A DNA stretch of 64,000 nt from Malacoraja senta (Eukaryota). Shown here one piece after another: positions 11,981-23,084 of this stretch. Below the pieces are notes generated by a model that did no database searches, was not told the origin of the DNA, and saw only the letters and a program-made list of their open reading frames with translations. Both the position numbers and the translations under genes were made by a program. The stretch spans positions 11,534,001 to 11,598,000 of the forward strand of contig CM075993.1 of NCBI GenBank assembly GCA_038087875.1. The letters are read 5' to 3'. Position 1 is the first letter of the stretch. Each line of letters opens with the position of its first letter.

Positions 11981-13105
11981 CTAAGCCCTAAGAGCTATAT
12001 CGAACTCTCTCTTGAAAACATCCAGTGAATTGGCCTCCAATGCCTTCTGGCAGAGAATTCCACAGATTCACAACTCTCTGGGTGAAAAAGTTTTTCCTCA
12101 TCTTTTCCTCATCAGGGGTCATATATGGCAATCCCTAATTCTGGACTCCACTCACATCGGGATAAATTTTCCTGCATCTAGCCTGTCCAATCATCCGAGG
12201 GGGCGCCGTCGAGCATTGTTGCCGAGCCTGCAGCCGTCCATCCTTTCACCCTTTTAAAACATGTTTTAGTATGTTAAAAAGTTTTGTTTGGAGGTCTAAT
12301 CTTTTTTATGTTGGGGGGGGCGGGGGAGGGGGAAACTGTATTTCTCAGTCCCTACCTGGTCGGAGATGCGTCTTTTCTCCGAGCCGTATTTTCGCCCCTT
12401 CCTCGCGGCCTATCAACGGGACTGGAGCGGCGTTTGCTGCCGGGACCGGCCAGAACTTCGGCTTTGGCTTCGGCGGCGGCGCAGCGCTGGGGCGCCATCG
12501 CGGAGCGGGCGATGCCTTACCCTGGTCGGCGTGCGGTGGGCTGAGACCGCCGACTCCCAACATCGCGGAGCTGTCGTTGCGGAGCTTCCAGCCGCGGCGG
12601 TGCTGACCTTTAAACTCTCGCCGTGGGATCTCCTCGCCGAGATCGCCAGTGTCGGAGCTCCGACCAGCATGGCCTGTGGACTTCGGGAGCCGCGGTCTCC
12701 GGGGAGGAAGCGGCCGTTCCAGACACTCCAAGCCGCTGAAGAGTGTTCTCCCGACACCAGAGCTCCATCATCCGGCGAGAGGGCCTGAAACATCGGGCTG
12801 CTGTAGCGGCAACTGTGGAGGCCTCAAATAGGCCCCGACTACGGCTGAACAAGAGGAAGAGGACTGGACTTTGCTGCCTTCCCTCCCAGTGGGAACCATT
12901 GTGGGGGGATGTTTTATGTTTTATGTTAAATTCTTCTTTAATGTGGTGTCTTACTTTTATTCATGTGCTGCAAATGGCAACTCAAATTTCACTACACCAA
13001 TTGGTGTATATGATAATAAATGTCCTTTGTCCTTTGTCAATCCCTTAATAGTTTTATATGTTTCTATATCCCTCTCATCCTTCTAAATTCCAGTGAATAC
13101 AAGCC
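11981..13105 (-). mobile_element. CR1 3' fragment split by the 12193-13037 insertion
   Basis: agcctgtccaatc (ends 12192) resumes as caatcccttaatagttttatatg at 13038. Confidence 0.8.
12193..13037 (+). mobile_element. GC/CpG-rich non-autonomous retroposon with AATAAA plus (TGTCCTT)n tail
   Basis: CAATC repeats at 12188-12192 and 13038-13042; tandem 3' tail; no credible ORF. A related 5' segment is at ~51155-51300. Confidence 0.7.
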
Positions 13106-13460
13106 TTTCCAGTCTGTATGGTAAGTGGTTACCTCTGATGTAAACTCATCAATCTGTTGGATTAAAATGGATCCCTCTACAGATGTCTCCTTAATGTTAG
13201 ACTTCCTGCATCTGCAGTGTTTTGTATTTCAAAATTCCATTATTGATAATTTTGTGTATTTTTCCTCTGCCCCCATTCCTTTTTATTTACATCTCCTTCA
13301 GATGAACTTTAATTGAAAAGCTATCACCAGCCTCTCTCAGCCAGCAGCTTCTATGTTCTTCAGTCTCTTTGCCTTCATTGTACCAAGGCACATTCCTTGT
13401 ATGTATACATACTTGCCTAATAAAATGTATTCAATTCAATTCAATCCCATCGCTAACATC

Positions 13461-13784
13461 TTAGTTTAGTTTAGTTTAGAGATACAGCGCTGAAACAGGC
13501 CCTTCGGCCCACCGGGTCCTCCCCGACCAGAGATCCCCGCACATTAACACTATCCTACACACACTAGGGACAATTTACACATACACCAAGCCAATTAACC
13601 TACAAACCTGTACGTCTTTGGAGTGTGGGAGGAAACCGAAGATCTCGGAGAAAACCCACGCAGGTCACGGGGAGAACGTACAAACTCCGTACAGACAGCA
13701 CCTGTAGTCAGGATCGAACCCGGGTCTCTGGCGCTGCAAGCGCTGTAAGGCAGCAACTCTACCGCTGCACAACTATGGCTGCCC
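13461..13784 (-). mobile_element. Full-length V-SINE/HE1-like SINE
   Basis: tRNA head with ggttcgatcc B box and (CTAAA)n tail on the minus strand. Confidence 0.9.
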
Positions 13785-14129
13785 TAATTTCTTGATCATT
13801 TCTTGATCTCTCCTCCCCTTCCTCTTCACTGAAACTACTTCACCCATTTCTAACATTTCTCGGTCTTGAAGAAAGGCCAAAAACCGCAAGATTAATGCTG
13901 CCATCCCTGGCTCTCAATTTCTCCAAGATGTCCTTTCTCTTCAGTAAGCTTGCTTTCCCCCTGCTGTTGGAGCTGGATCCCTCACCCTCATCTCCTCTGT
14001 TTCCCGCAGTTCTGCTCTCACTCCCTTCCCTCCAGAAGGAACAAGGATAGGATTCCCTTGGTTTTTACCTTTCACCTCGACATTCTCATCATTCTCTGAC
14101 ATTTCTACCCCTTCAATGTGATTCCCACG

Positions 14130-14270
14130 TGGCGGCACGGTGGCGCAGCGGTAGAGTTGCTGCCTTAAAGACCCAGGTTCCATGCTGACCATGGGTGCTG
14201 TCTGCGTGGAGTTTGTATGTTCTCCCTGTGACCTGCATGGTGTTCCAGTTTCCTCTCACACTCCAAAGAT
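14130..14270 (+). mobile_element. V-SINE 5' portion
   Basis: ggcggcacggtggcgcagcggtagagttgctgcc head. Confidence 0.8.
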
Positions 14271-14415
14271 ATTTTTTTAGTCAGAGCATGGTGAATCTGT
14301 GGAATATTTTGCCATAGAAGGCTGTAGATGCCAAGTCACTGAATATTTTTAAGGCAGAGATAGATAGAGCTTATGGGGTGTCCGAGGTTATGGAGAGAAG
14401 GCAGGAGAATGGGGT

Positions 14416-15635
14416 TCATCCTACTTCATCCTACAGCACCTGGACCACCAGGGGACCTATGCGAGGATCCTGTTTGTTGATTTTAGCTCTGCATTCAACA
14501 CCATTGTGCCAGAGCTACTACACTCCAAATGTTCCGAGTTGAATGTGCCTGAACCCCTCTGTCGGTGGATCACCAGCTTCGTGACAGACAGGAAGCAGCA
14601 TGTGAGGCTGGGAAAGCACATCTCGGACCCGCAAACGCTCAGCATAGGAGCGCCACAAGGCTGCGTACTCTCCCCTCTCCCCTACTCTCTCTAAACCAAT
14701 GACTGCACCTCCACAGACACCTCTGTCAAGCTTCTCAAGTTTGCGGACGACACAACCCTGATTGGACTGATCCAGGATGGGGAGGAATCTGTCTACAGAC
14801 AGGAAGTGTCACAGCTGGCGTCCTGATGCCGTAGCAACAACCTAGAGCTCAATACTCTTAAGACAGTGGAATTGATTGTAGACTTTAGGAGAGCCCCCCT
14901 TCCCCTCACCCAACTCACCATCAACAACACCACAGTCACATCTGTGGAGTCTTTTAAGTTCCTGGGAACCATCATCTCCAAGGACCTTAAGTGGGGGGCT
15001 ACCATCGACTCCACAGTCAAAAAGGCACAACAGAGGATGTACTTCCTACGGCAGCTGAGGAAGCACAATCTGCCACAGGCAATGATGGTCCAATTCTACA
15101 CGGCCATCATAGAGTCTTTTCTCACCTTCTCCATCATGGTCTGGTTTGGCTTAGCCACCAAGCACGACACCCGGAGTCTGCAGCGAATCGTCCGATCAGC
15201 AGAGAAGATTATTGGCTGCAACGTTCCGTCCATTGATGAACTGTACACTGCAAGGGCCAGGAAGCGAGTGGGCAAGATCATCTCTGACCCCGCTCACCCT
15301 GGCCACAAACTCTTTGAATCACTTCCCTCTGGAAGGCGACTCCAGACTGTCAAAGCTGCCACAGCCAGACATAAAAACAGCTTTTATCCACGAGTAGTAG
15401 CTCTACTCAACAGCCAAAAATCTGTAGCCTCCCTTTGATCTGGTATTTTGTTGGTTCACATGCTTGATCAATGGTGTTTTATCATTAATGTTTTATTATT
15501 ATTAATGTTTAGTGTTTTTTGAGTCATTCGTAACTGTCACTGTATGTCATGTTGTTACTTGTGGGCAGAGCACCAAGGCAAATTCCTTGTATGTGAATAC
15601 TTGGCCAATAAACGTACTTACTTATTTACTTACTT
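14416..15635 (+). mobile_element. Rex1/Babar-type LINE 3' portion
   Basis: FVDFSSAFNTI, GAPQGCVLSP, KFADDT, FKFLG and KKAQQRMYFLR motifs; AATAAA plus (TTAC)n tail. Splits an older CR1 (14270-14415 / 15636-15722). Confidence 0.88.
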
Positions 15636-15839
15636 AGGAGAGATAGATCAGCCATGATTGAATGGCGGAATAGACAATGGGCCGAGTGGCCTAATTCTAT
15701 TCCTATTCCTTATGACCTTATGTTTTGACACCATTTACCAAGTTCAGTCCTCGCTCCAGTTGTTATGAGTGATGTCCGATTCAGGTAAGTCCTAGGCTGC
15801 TGTGGGCAAGGTGCATGGTGTCTCATTAACGATAAAGTT

Positions 15840-16340
15840 TATTGAGATGGTGACAAAGGGTAGAGCAATGGGTGTTGTCTACATGGATTGTCTACTAAGG
15901 CATTTGATAAAGTCCACCAAGTAGGCTGATCCAAAAGATTAAGATGCATGGGATTAATAATGACTTGGTCATATAGATTCTGAACTGGGTTACTCATGGA
16001 AGGACAAGATTCAGACTGGCAGTCTGTGACCTGTGGAGTTCCGCAGGGATCTGTGCTGGGACCTCTGTTGTTTGTTATATGTATAAATGACTTGGACATC
16101 AACGTAGACAAGTTGGTTAATAAGTTTGCAGTTGACACCAGGTTTGCTGGGCTCGTGGACTGAGAGGAAGGCTGTCAAAGTGGATCACGGAATATAGATC
16201 AGCTACAGAGAAATGGCAGATGGAGTTTGATCCAAACAAGTGTGAGGAGTTGCACTTTGAGGTTAAATGTAAGGGGATAATATACAATTAATGGCTTGAC
16301 CTTTAATAGCATTGATGTACAGAGGGATCTTGGGGTCCCG
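15840..16340 (+). mobile_element. Old CR1 RT fragment
   Basis: Degenerate [16 protein letters not shown] and KFAVDT motifs. Confidence 0.75.
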
Positions 16341-16449
16341 TGGCATAGGCTCGGTGCTCTCGCCATTGCCGTGCGGTCCCCTCTACAGGCGAAGCCGCGC
16401 TTCACCGCCGATGACCGCAACACCGTGAGACAGAGCAGCCTCCTCTCTC

Positions 16450-17695
16450 ACCTCCATCTAGGGACCTGAGCAGCCCTTCCAGGTGAGGCAGAGGTCACAT
16501 GCACCTCCTCTAAACTCATCCACTGTATTCGATGCTCCTGATATGGCCTCCTTTACCTTAGCGACCAAGCGTAGACTAGTTGAATGTTTCACCAAACACT
16601 TGAGCTCCACCTGTCAAGGGCTACTGGATCTCCCAGTTGCTAACCATTTTAACTCCCCTACCTATACCCACACTGACCTTTCTGTCCTTGGCCTCCTCCA
16701 CTGCCAGAGTGAGGCCCAACACATCAACTGGAAGCGGAACACCTCATATTCTGGATGGGTGGTTTACAACCCAATGGTATGAACATTGAATTCTCCAATT
16801 TCAAGTACAGGTCCACCACAAATTTTCCGACAACTGGTGGTCCGGCACCTCTTTTAATCCGGACAATAAATCACGAGAACACACTTGTGAAGCACCTCCG
16901 GAAGTCCCCCCGAAAATGTGGTGCCCAGGCCGGGTGAAGCGGCCGATCTCTACCTCATCGGGACTTCCACAGCCGATCAGCGGGTTGAATTTGCCCCCTG
17001 CGGCCGGGTCTCTGGAACTCCGGCTCGGACGGAGCCGGCAGATCCGTTCCCATAGCCGACTTCCGAGGCCGACTTTGCGGGCCGGTATCTCGGCCACCCT
17101 CGGCGGCCTAGGCGGACCGTTCCGATACCGTTGGACTCCTCTCGGAGATCGTGACCTCTGTTAGACCGGCAAAATGGAAAATCCAGAAAGACTCTGGAAC
17201 CAAGGGTGCTGGAAAATCGGTGGTGGAGCTGTAATACCCACCTCTCCTCTTGGACCCCACTGTGCTCCACCCCACCCAGTGTGCATACATGCCTTCCAGC
17301 ACCCTGTTCTTGACACCCCTCCTTTCTCTCATCTCCCACCCCTACTTCAAGTCCTCCCATTTCTCTTTTATCTCTCCCCATTTCCCTCTCCACAAACACT
17401 TCCACCCATATCCCTCCCTCTGGCTTTACATTCCACTCCACCTCTCTCAGATTCTGACACTCTTTGCTCTCAATTTCACCTCTGTTACTATCTCCATCCA
17501 TCTGTCAGTTAATCCCCCCTTCTCCCCGTATCCACCTATCATTTGCCATGTTTTGCTCCCCCCCCCCCTCATCCTCAGCTTTCTCTTCCCTACTCCAATC
17601 AGTCTGAAGAAGGGTCTTGATCCGAAAGGTCCTCAGTCTATTCCCTCCAATGATGCGGCCTGACCTGTTGAGTTCCTCCAGCTCTTTGTGTTTTG
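16450..17695 (+). mobile_element. Penelope-like element 3' fragment interrupted by a MITE
   Basis: PVANHFNSP...DLSVLGLLHC...LQPNGMNIEFSNF; pLTR-like end with ctgaagaagggtcttgatccgaaa near 17604. Confidence 0.82.
16808..17231. mobile_element. Tc1/mariner (pogo/Tigger-like) MITE
   Basis: Imperfect TIRs CAG(G/C)TCCACCAC..ATTTTCC; TA duplication at 16806-16807 and 17232-17233. Confidence 0.82.
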
Positions 17696-17782
17696 AGGCT
17701 GAACGTTAACTCTGTTCTGGCCTGGCCTGCTGCGTACATCCACTACTCTGCTTTCATTGATTCCCAGGAATAACTTTGTTAT

Positions 17783-18056
17783 GGACAATTGGTGCAGGAG
17801 TAGGCCATTCGGCCCCTCCAGCCAGCATCGCCATTCAATGTGATCATGGCCGATCATCAACAATCAGTACCCCGTTCCTGCCTTCTCCCCATATCCCTTG
17901 ACTCCACTATCTTTAAAAGCCCTATCTAGCTCTCTCTTGAAAGCATCCAGAGAACCTGCCTCCACTGCCCTCTGAGGCAGAGAATTCCACGGGTTTACAA
18001 CTCTCTGCATGAAAATGGCTCGCCCCTTATTCTTAAACTGTGGCCCCTGGTTCCAG
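17783..18056 (-). mobile_element. CR1 3' fragment
   Basis: QRVVNPWNSLPQRAVEA motif and 3' UTR. Confidence 0.85.
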
Positions 18057-18163
18057 CTGTGTTTCCTTAAAATCCCAGTGTGCATAACTCGATTTAGTTT
18101 AGTGTAGTTTAGTTTAGTTTAGTTTAGAGATTCAGCGTGGAAACAGGCCCTTCGGCCCACAGC

Positions 18164-19418
18164 TCTGCCTTTAATACTATTATACCATGCAAGCATATCT
18201 CCAAACTCGCAGGACTTGGTGTTAGCACTGAACTCTGCAACTGGATCCTCAACTTCCTGACCAACAGACCCCAACTGGTGAGGATAGGGGACAAACCATC
18301 CTCCACGATAATCCTCAACACTGCAGCTCTGCAAGGATGTTCAAGAAGGAACTGCAGATGCTGGAAAATCGAAGGTAGACAAAATTGCTGGAGAAATTCA
18401 GTGGGCGCGGCAGCATCTATGGAGCGAAGGAAATAGGCAACGTTTCGGGCCGAAACGTTTCTCAGCCCCCTTGTTTACTCCTTGTACACCCACCACTGTG
18501 CAGCCATGTACAAGTCTGATTCCATTTTCAAATTTGCAGACGACATCACCATTGTGGGCCGGATATCAAATAATGATGAGACGCAATACAGGAAGGAGAT
18601 CGAGAACCTCGTGTCCTTGTGTCGAGACAACAACCTTTCTCTCAATGTCAGCAACACAAAGGAGATAGTGATGGACTTCAGGAAGTGAAGTGGTACTCAC
18701 ACCCCAGTATACATTGACGGTGCCGAAGTGGAGATGGTTGAAAGCTTCAAATTCCTAGGAGTCAATATCACCAACAACTTCTCCTGGACCACCCACATTG
18801 AGGCTACAACCGAGAAAGCACACCAACACCTCGACTTCCTTAGGCTTAGAAAGTTTCGCATGTCCCCTACACCTCTCACCAACTTATACAGATGCATCAT
18901 AGAAATGATTTTATCAGGATACATCACAGCACGGTTTGGGAACGGCTCCATCCCAGACCGCGAGAAATTGCAGAGAATTGTGGACGTGGCCCGGACCATC
19001 ACACAAACCAACCTCCCTTCCATTGACTCCATTTACACCTCACGCTGCCTCGGCAAGGCCAGCAGCATAATCAAGGACGAGTTGCACCCCTGGCCACTCC
19101 CTCTCCCCTCTCCCATCGGGCAAAAGGTATTGAAGTATGAAAAAGCACACCTCCAGATTCAGGGCCAGTTTCTTCCCAGCTGTTATCAGGCAACTGAATC
19201 ATCCTACCACAACCAGAGAGCGGTCCTTAACAAATATTTACCACATTTAATCCTTGATCGCCTTTACCTTGCACTAAACATTATCCCCTTATCATGTATC
19301 TATACACTGTGACTTGCTCGATTGTAATCATGTATTGTCTTTCTGCTGACTGGTTAGCACGCAACAACAGCTGTTCATTGTACCTCGGTACACGAGACAT
19401 GAAACTAAACTGAACCGA
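18164..19418 (+). mobile_element. Rex1/Babar-type LINE 3' portion
   Basis: SSAFNTI, KFADDITIVG and FKFLGV motifs. A PLE mini-element is inserted at ~18343-18460. Confidence 0.85.
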
Positions 19419-19493
19419 ATCCGTGCTGACCAGCGATCCCCGAACACTAACACTGTCCTACACACACATCAGGGACAATTTACAATTATGCCA

Positions 19494-20013
19494 ATAGACA
19501 ATAGACAAAAGACAATAGGTGCAGGAGTAGGCCATTTGGCCCTTCGAGCCAGCACCGCCATTCAATGTGATCATGGCTGATCATCCCCAATCAGTACCCC
19601 CGTTCCTGCCTTCTCCCCATATCCCCTGACTTCGCTATTTTTAAGAGCCCTATCTAGCTCTCTCTTGAAAGCATCCAAAGAACCGGCCTCCACCGCCCTC
19701 TGAGGCAGAAAATTCCACAGACTCACCACTCTCTGTGAGAAAAAGTGTTTCCTCGTCTCCGTTCTAAACGGCTTACTCCTTATTCTTAAACTGTGGCCCC
19801 TAGTTCTGGACTCCCCCAACATCGGGAACATGTTTCCTGCCTCTAGCGTGTGCAAACCCTTAACAATCTTATATGTTTCAATGAGATACCCTCTCATCCT
19901 TCTAAACTCCAGAGTGTACAAGCCCAGCTGCTCCATTCTCTCAGCATATGACAGTCCCGCCATCCCGGGAATTAATCTTGTAAACCTACGCTGCACTCCC
20001 TCAATAGCAAGAA
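19494..20013 (-). mobile_element. CR1 3' fragment, (TATTGTC)n tail, inserted in a minus-strand SINE (19420-19493 / 20014-20160)
   Basis: 141-aa ORF2 C-terminus; SINE halves on both sides. Confidence 0.9.
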
Positions 20014-20682
20014 TGCCAAGCCAATTAACCTACAAACCTGTATGACTTGTGGGAGGATACTGGAGATCCCTGAGAAAACCAACGTAAAACTCTGTATAGA
20101 CAGCACCCGTAGTCGGGATCAAACCAGGGTCTCTGGCAGCTGTAAGGCAGCAACTCTACTGCAGCCCCTTTCCCATTGCATCTGTTCTGATGACTCTACC
20201 CATATTATCAGTGATTTCAGCATGTTTCCAATTTATTTTCACTCTGAACGTGTTTACCAAGCCAAGGACACTGATGATGTAGTGGCAGCTTTAATAAATA
20301 ATCTGGAGTGAGGATTTATGAACCTGAATTCCCTGGTGTTTATGTTCCTGTTCAGTTATTAAAATCAGAAACTGCTGGAGATACAGAGTGAATCGGTGAC
20401 ATGTTATTGATGGAAATGGATTGCATTTTTATGATTGATTTACAGATACAGCATGGAAACAGGCCCTTCGGCCCATCGACTCCACGCCGATCATCTGTAA
20501 TGACATCGAGAGATGTGTAGAACCAGAGAAGACACACAGGCAGGTTAAACTCAAAGGCTTTTATTAGAATCCTGAACAACAAGAGTACAAGGCTCAGCAC
20601 GGTGGCACAGTGGTAGAGTTGCTGCCTGACAGCGCCGGTTCGATCCTGACTACAGGTGATGTCTGTGCGGAGTTTGTACATT

Positions 20683-20970
20683 CACACCTCCCACAGGTGT
20701 GGTCATCGGGACCACTGGGCATCTTCCTGACCTCCCACATCCTGCAGGAGGAGCAGACCACTGCCCTCATCCCCACCCTCACTGCACTGCACCATGGAGG
20801 GTTGAGAGATGGACAAACACATCTTGCCATCACCCTCTACGCTGATGCCTCTCGAGCCAAAACCTCACACTTACCCTCCACAGGTCCTGAGGTCGAGCAG
20901 CTGCTGCTCCAGTTCCCTGATGCGGTGGGTAAGAAGCTGCAGGTGGACCCTCCTCCCACAGGTGGTCTTC
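20683..20970 (-). mobile_element. Rearranged CR1 5'UTR/ORF1 fragment
   Basis: MRAVVCSSCRMWEVR...CGRC and VHLQLLTHRIRELEQQLLDLR blocks in permuted order. Confidence 0.7.
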
Positions 20971-21009
20971 CATCCACGTTCTGCCCCCACCTTGGGCATC
21001 ACCTCACTG

Positions 21010-22135
21010 TAACTTGGACAGGTTGGGAGAGTGGGCAGAGAAGTGGCAGATGGAATATACTGTAGCAAAGTGTGGAGTCATGCACTCACGTAGTAGGAAT
21101 AAAGGCTCCAATTAGATTCTAAATGGGGAAGAGAATTCAGAAATCGGAAGTGCAAAGGGACTTGGGAGTGCTGATGCAGGATTCCCAATATGATAATTTG
21201 CAAGTCAAATTGGTAGCAAGGAAGGCAAACGCATTTATTTCGAGTGGACTAGAATACAAATACAGTGATGTAATGCTGAGGCTTTATTAGGCGCTGGTCA
21301 GACTGCATTTGGAATATTGTGAGCATCCGGGAAACTGCGGACATCACGGACAAGAGTTACATTGAGGTGACGGACAGGAGTTCATGTTCACAAGTTCCAG
21401 GAGCAGAATTAGGCCCATCAAGTCTACTCCGCCATTCAATCTTGGCTGATCAGGTCTATCTATCTTTCCCTCTCAACCCCATTCTCCTGCCTTCTCCCAT
21501 AACCCCTGGCATGAGTACTAATCAAGAATGTGTCAATCTCCGCCTTGAAAATATCAATTGACGTGGCCTTCACAGCCATCAGTGGCCATGAAGCCCACAG
21601 ATTCACCACCCTCTGACTGAAGAAATGTCTCCTCATCTCCTTCCTAAAGCTACGTCCTTTTATTCTGTCCTGTCTACACTAGCCCCACCTGCCGGCATTT
21701 GGTCCCTATCATAGACATAGACATAGACATAGAAAATAGGTGCAGGAGGAGGCCATTCGGCCCTTCGAGCCAGCTCCGCCATTCATTGTGATCATGGCTG
21801 ATCGTCCCCTATCAATAACACGTGCCTGCCTTCTCCCCATATCCCTTGACTCCACTAGCCCCTAGAGCTCTATCTAACACTCTTAAATCCATCCAGTCAC
21901 TTGGCCTCCACTGCCCTCTGTGGCAGGGAATTCCATAAATTCACAACTCTCTGGGTGAAAACGTTTTTTCTCACCTCAGTCTTAAATGACCTCCCCTTTA
22001 TTCTAAGACTGTGGCCCCTGGTTCTGGACTCGCCCAACATTGGGAACATTTTTCCTGCATCTAGCTTGTCCAGTCCTTTTATAATTTTATATGTTTCTAT
22101 AAGATCCCCCCTCATCTTTCTAAACTCCAGTGAAT
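21010..22135. mobile_element. Cluster of CR1 fragments (+ 21010-21320; - 21380-21670; - 21711-22135 with (TATGTC)n tail)
   Basis: CR1 C-terminal motifs and 3' UTRs. Confidence 0.8.
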
Positions 22136-22455
22136 ATCCCTTTGTGCTTGGCCAAATGCCCTTTAAATGTTGTTATCGTAGCTGCCTCAACTATCTCCTC
22201 TGGCAGCTCGTGCAATATACCCAACACACTCTGTGTGAAAAAGTTGCCTCCCTCTCTAAGGTTCCTATTAAAATGTTTCCCTCTCACCATCAATCTATGC
22301 CCTCTGGTTCTTGATTCCCTTTCTCTGGGTAAAAGCCTCAGTGCATTCGCCCCATCAAAATCATGAAGGGAATAAGGGAATTTCTACAAAATGGAAATGT
22401 AATATTCATGCCATTGGGCTGTAGACTAGAGTGGATGTAAGTTTTATGTTTTAAG

Positions 22456-22745
22456 GGGCAGCATAGTGACACAGCGGTAGAGGGACTGCCTTATAGCGCC
22501 AGAGACCCGGGTTCCATCCTGTCGGGAGTTTGTACGTTCTCCCCGTAACTGTGTGGGTTTCCCCCGGGTGATCCGGTTACCTCTCACACTACGAAGACAT
22601 ACAGGTTTGCAGGTTAATTGGCTTCAGCAAATTATACATTGTCCGTAGTGTGTAGGATATTGCTAGTGGACGGGGGGGACAGCTGGTCAGCATGAATTCG
22701 GTGGGCCGAAGGGCCTGTTTCCATGCTGCATCTATAAAAGTCTTT
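22456..22745 (+). mobile_element. V-SINE/HE1-like SINE
   Basis: tRNA head, V-like domain and CR1-like tail. Confidence 0.85.
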
Positions 22746-23084
22746 AAAAGTCATAGGACGAATGCACAGAGTATTTTACCCAGAGTGAGGGAATCAAGAA
22801 TCAGACGACATCATTTAAGGTGAGATAGTAAAGGTTTAGTGGGAACATGAGGGCAATTTCTTTCACAGAGTGTGGTGGATATATGGAACGAGCTGCTGGA
22901 GGAGGTAGTTGAGGCAGGTATCATAACAAAATGTCAAAGATATTTGGACAGGTGCAGGGGTAAGAAAGGTTTAGAGGGATATGGGCCAAATGTGGGCAGG
23001 TGGGATTAGTGTAGATGGGGCATCTGGGTCAGCATGGACAAATTAGGTCAAAGGGCATGTGTCTGTGCACTGTGACACTATGTA

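Noticed and set aside
12271..13048. ORFs of 80-140 aa in the GC-rich element
   Set aside because: Open in many frames on both strands with no recognisable domain.
13110..15800. Isolated plus-strand GTAAGT donor matches (~13120, ~15785)
   Set aside because: No matching acceptor or exon structure; expected by chance.
20496..20593. Possible solo-LTR fragment (TG start, minus-strand AATAAA)
   Set aside because: No second terminus or TSD found.
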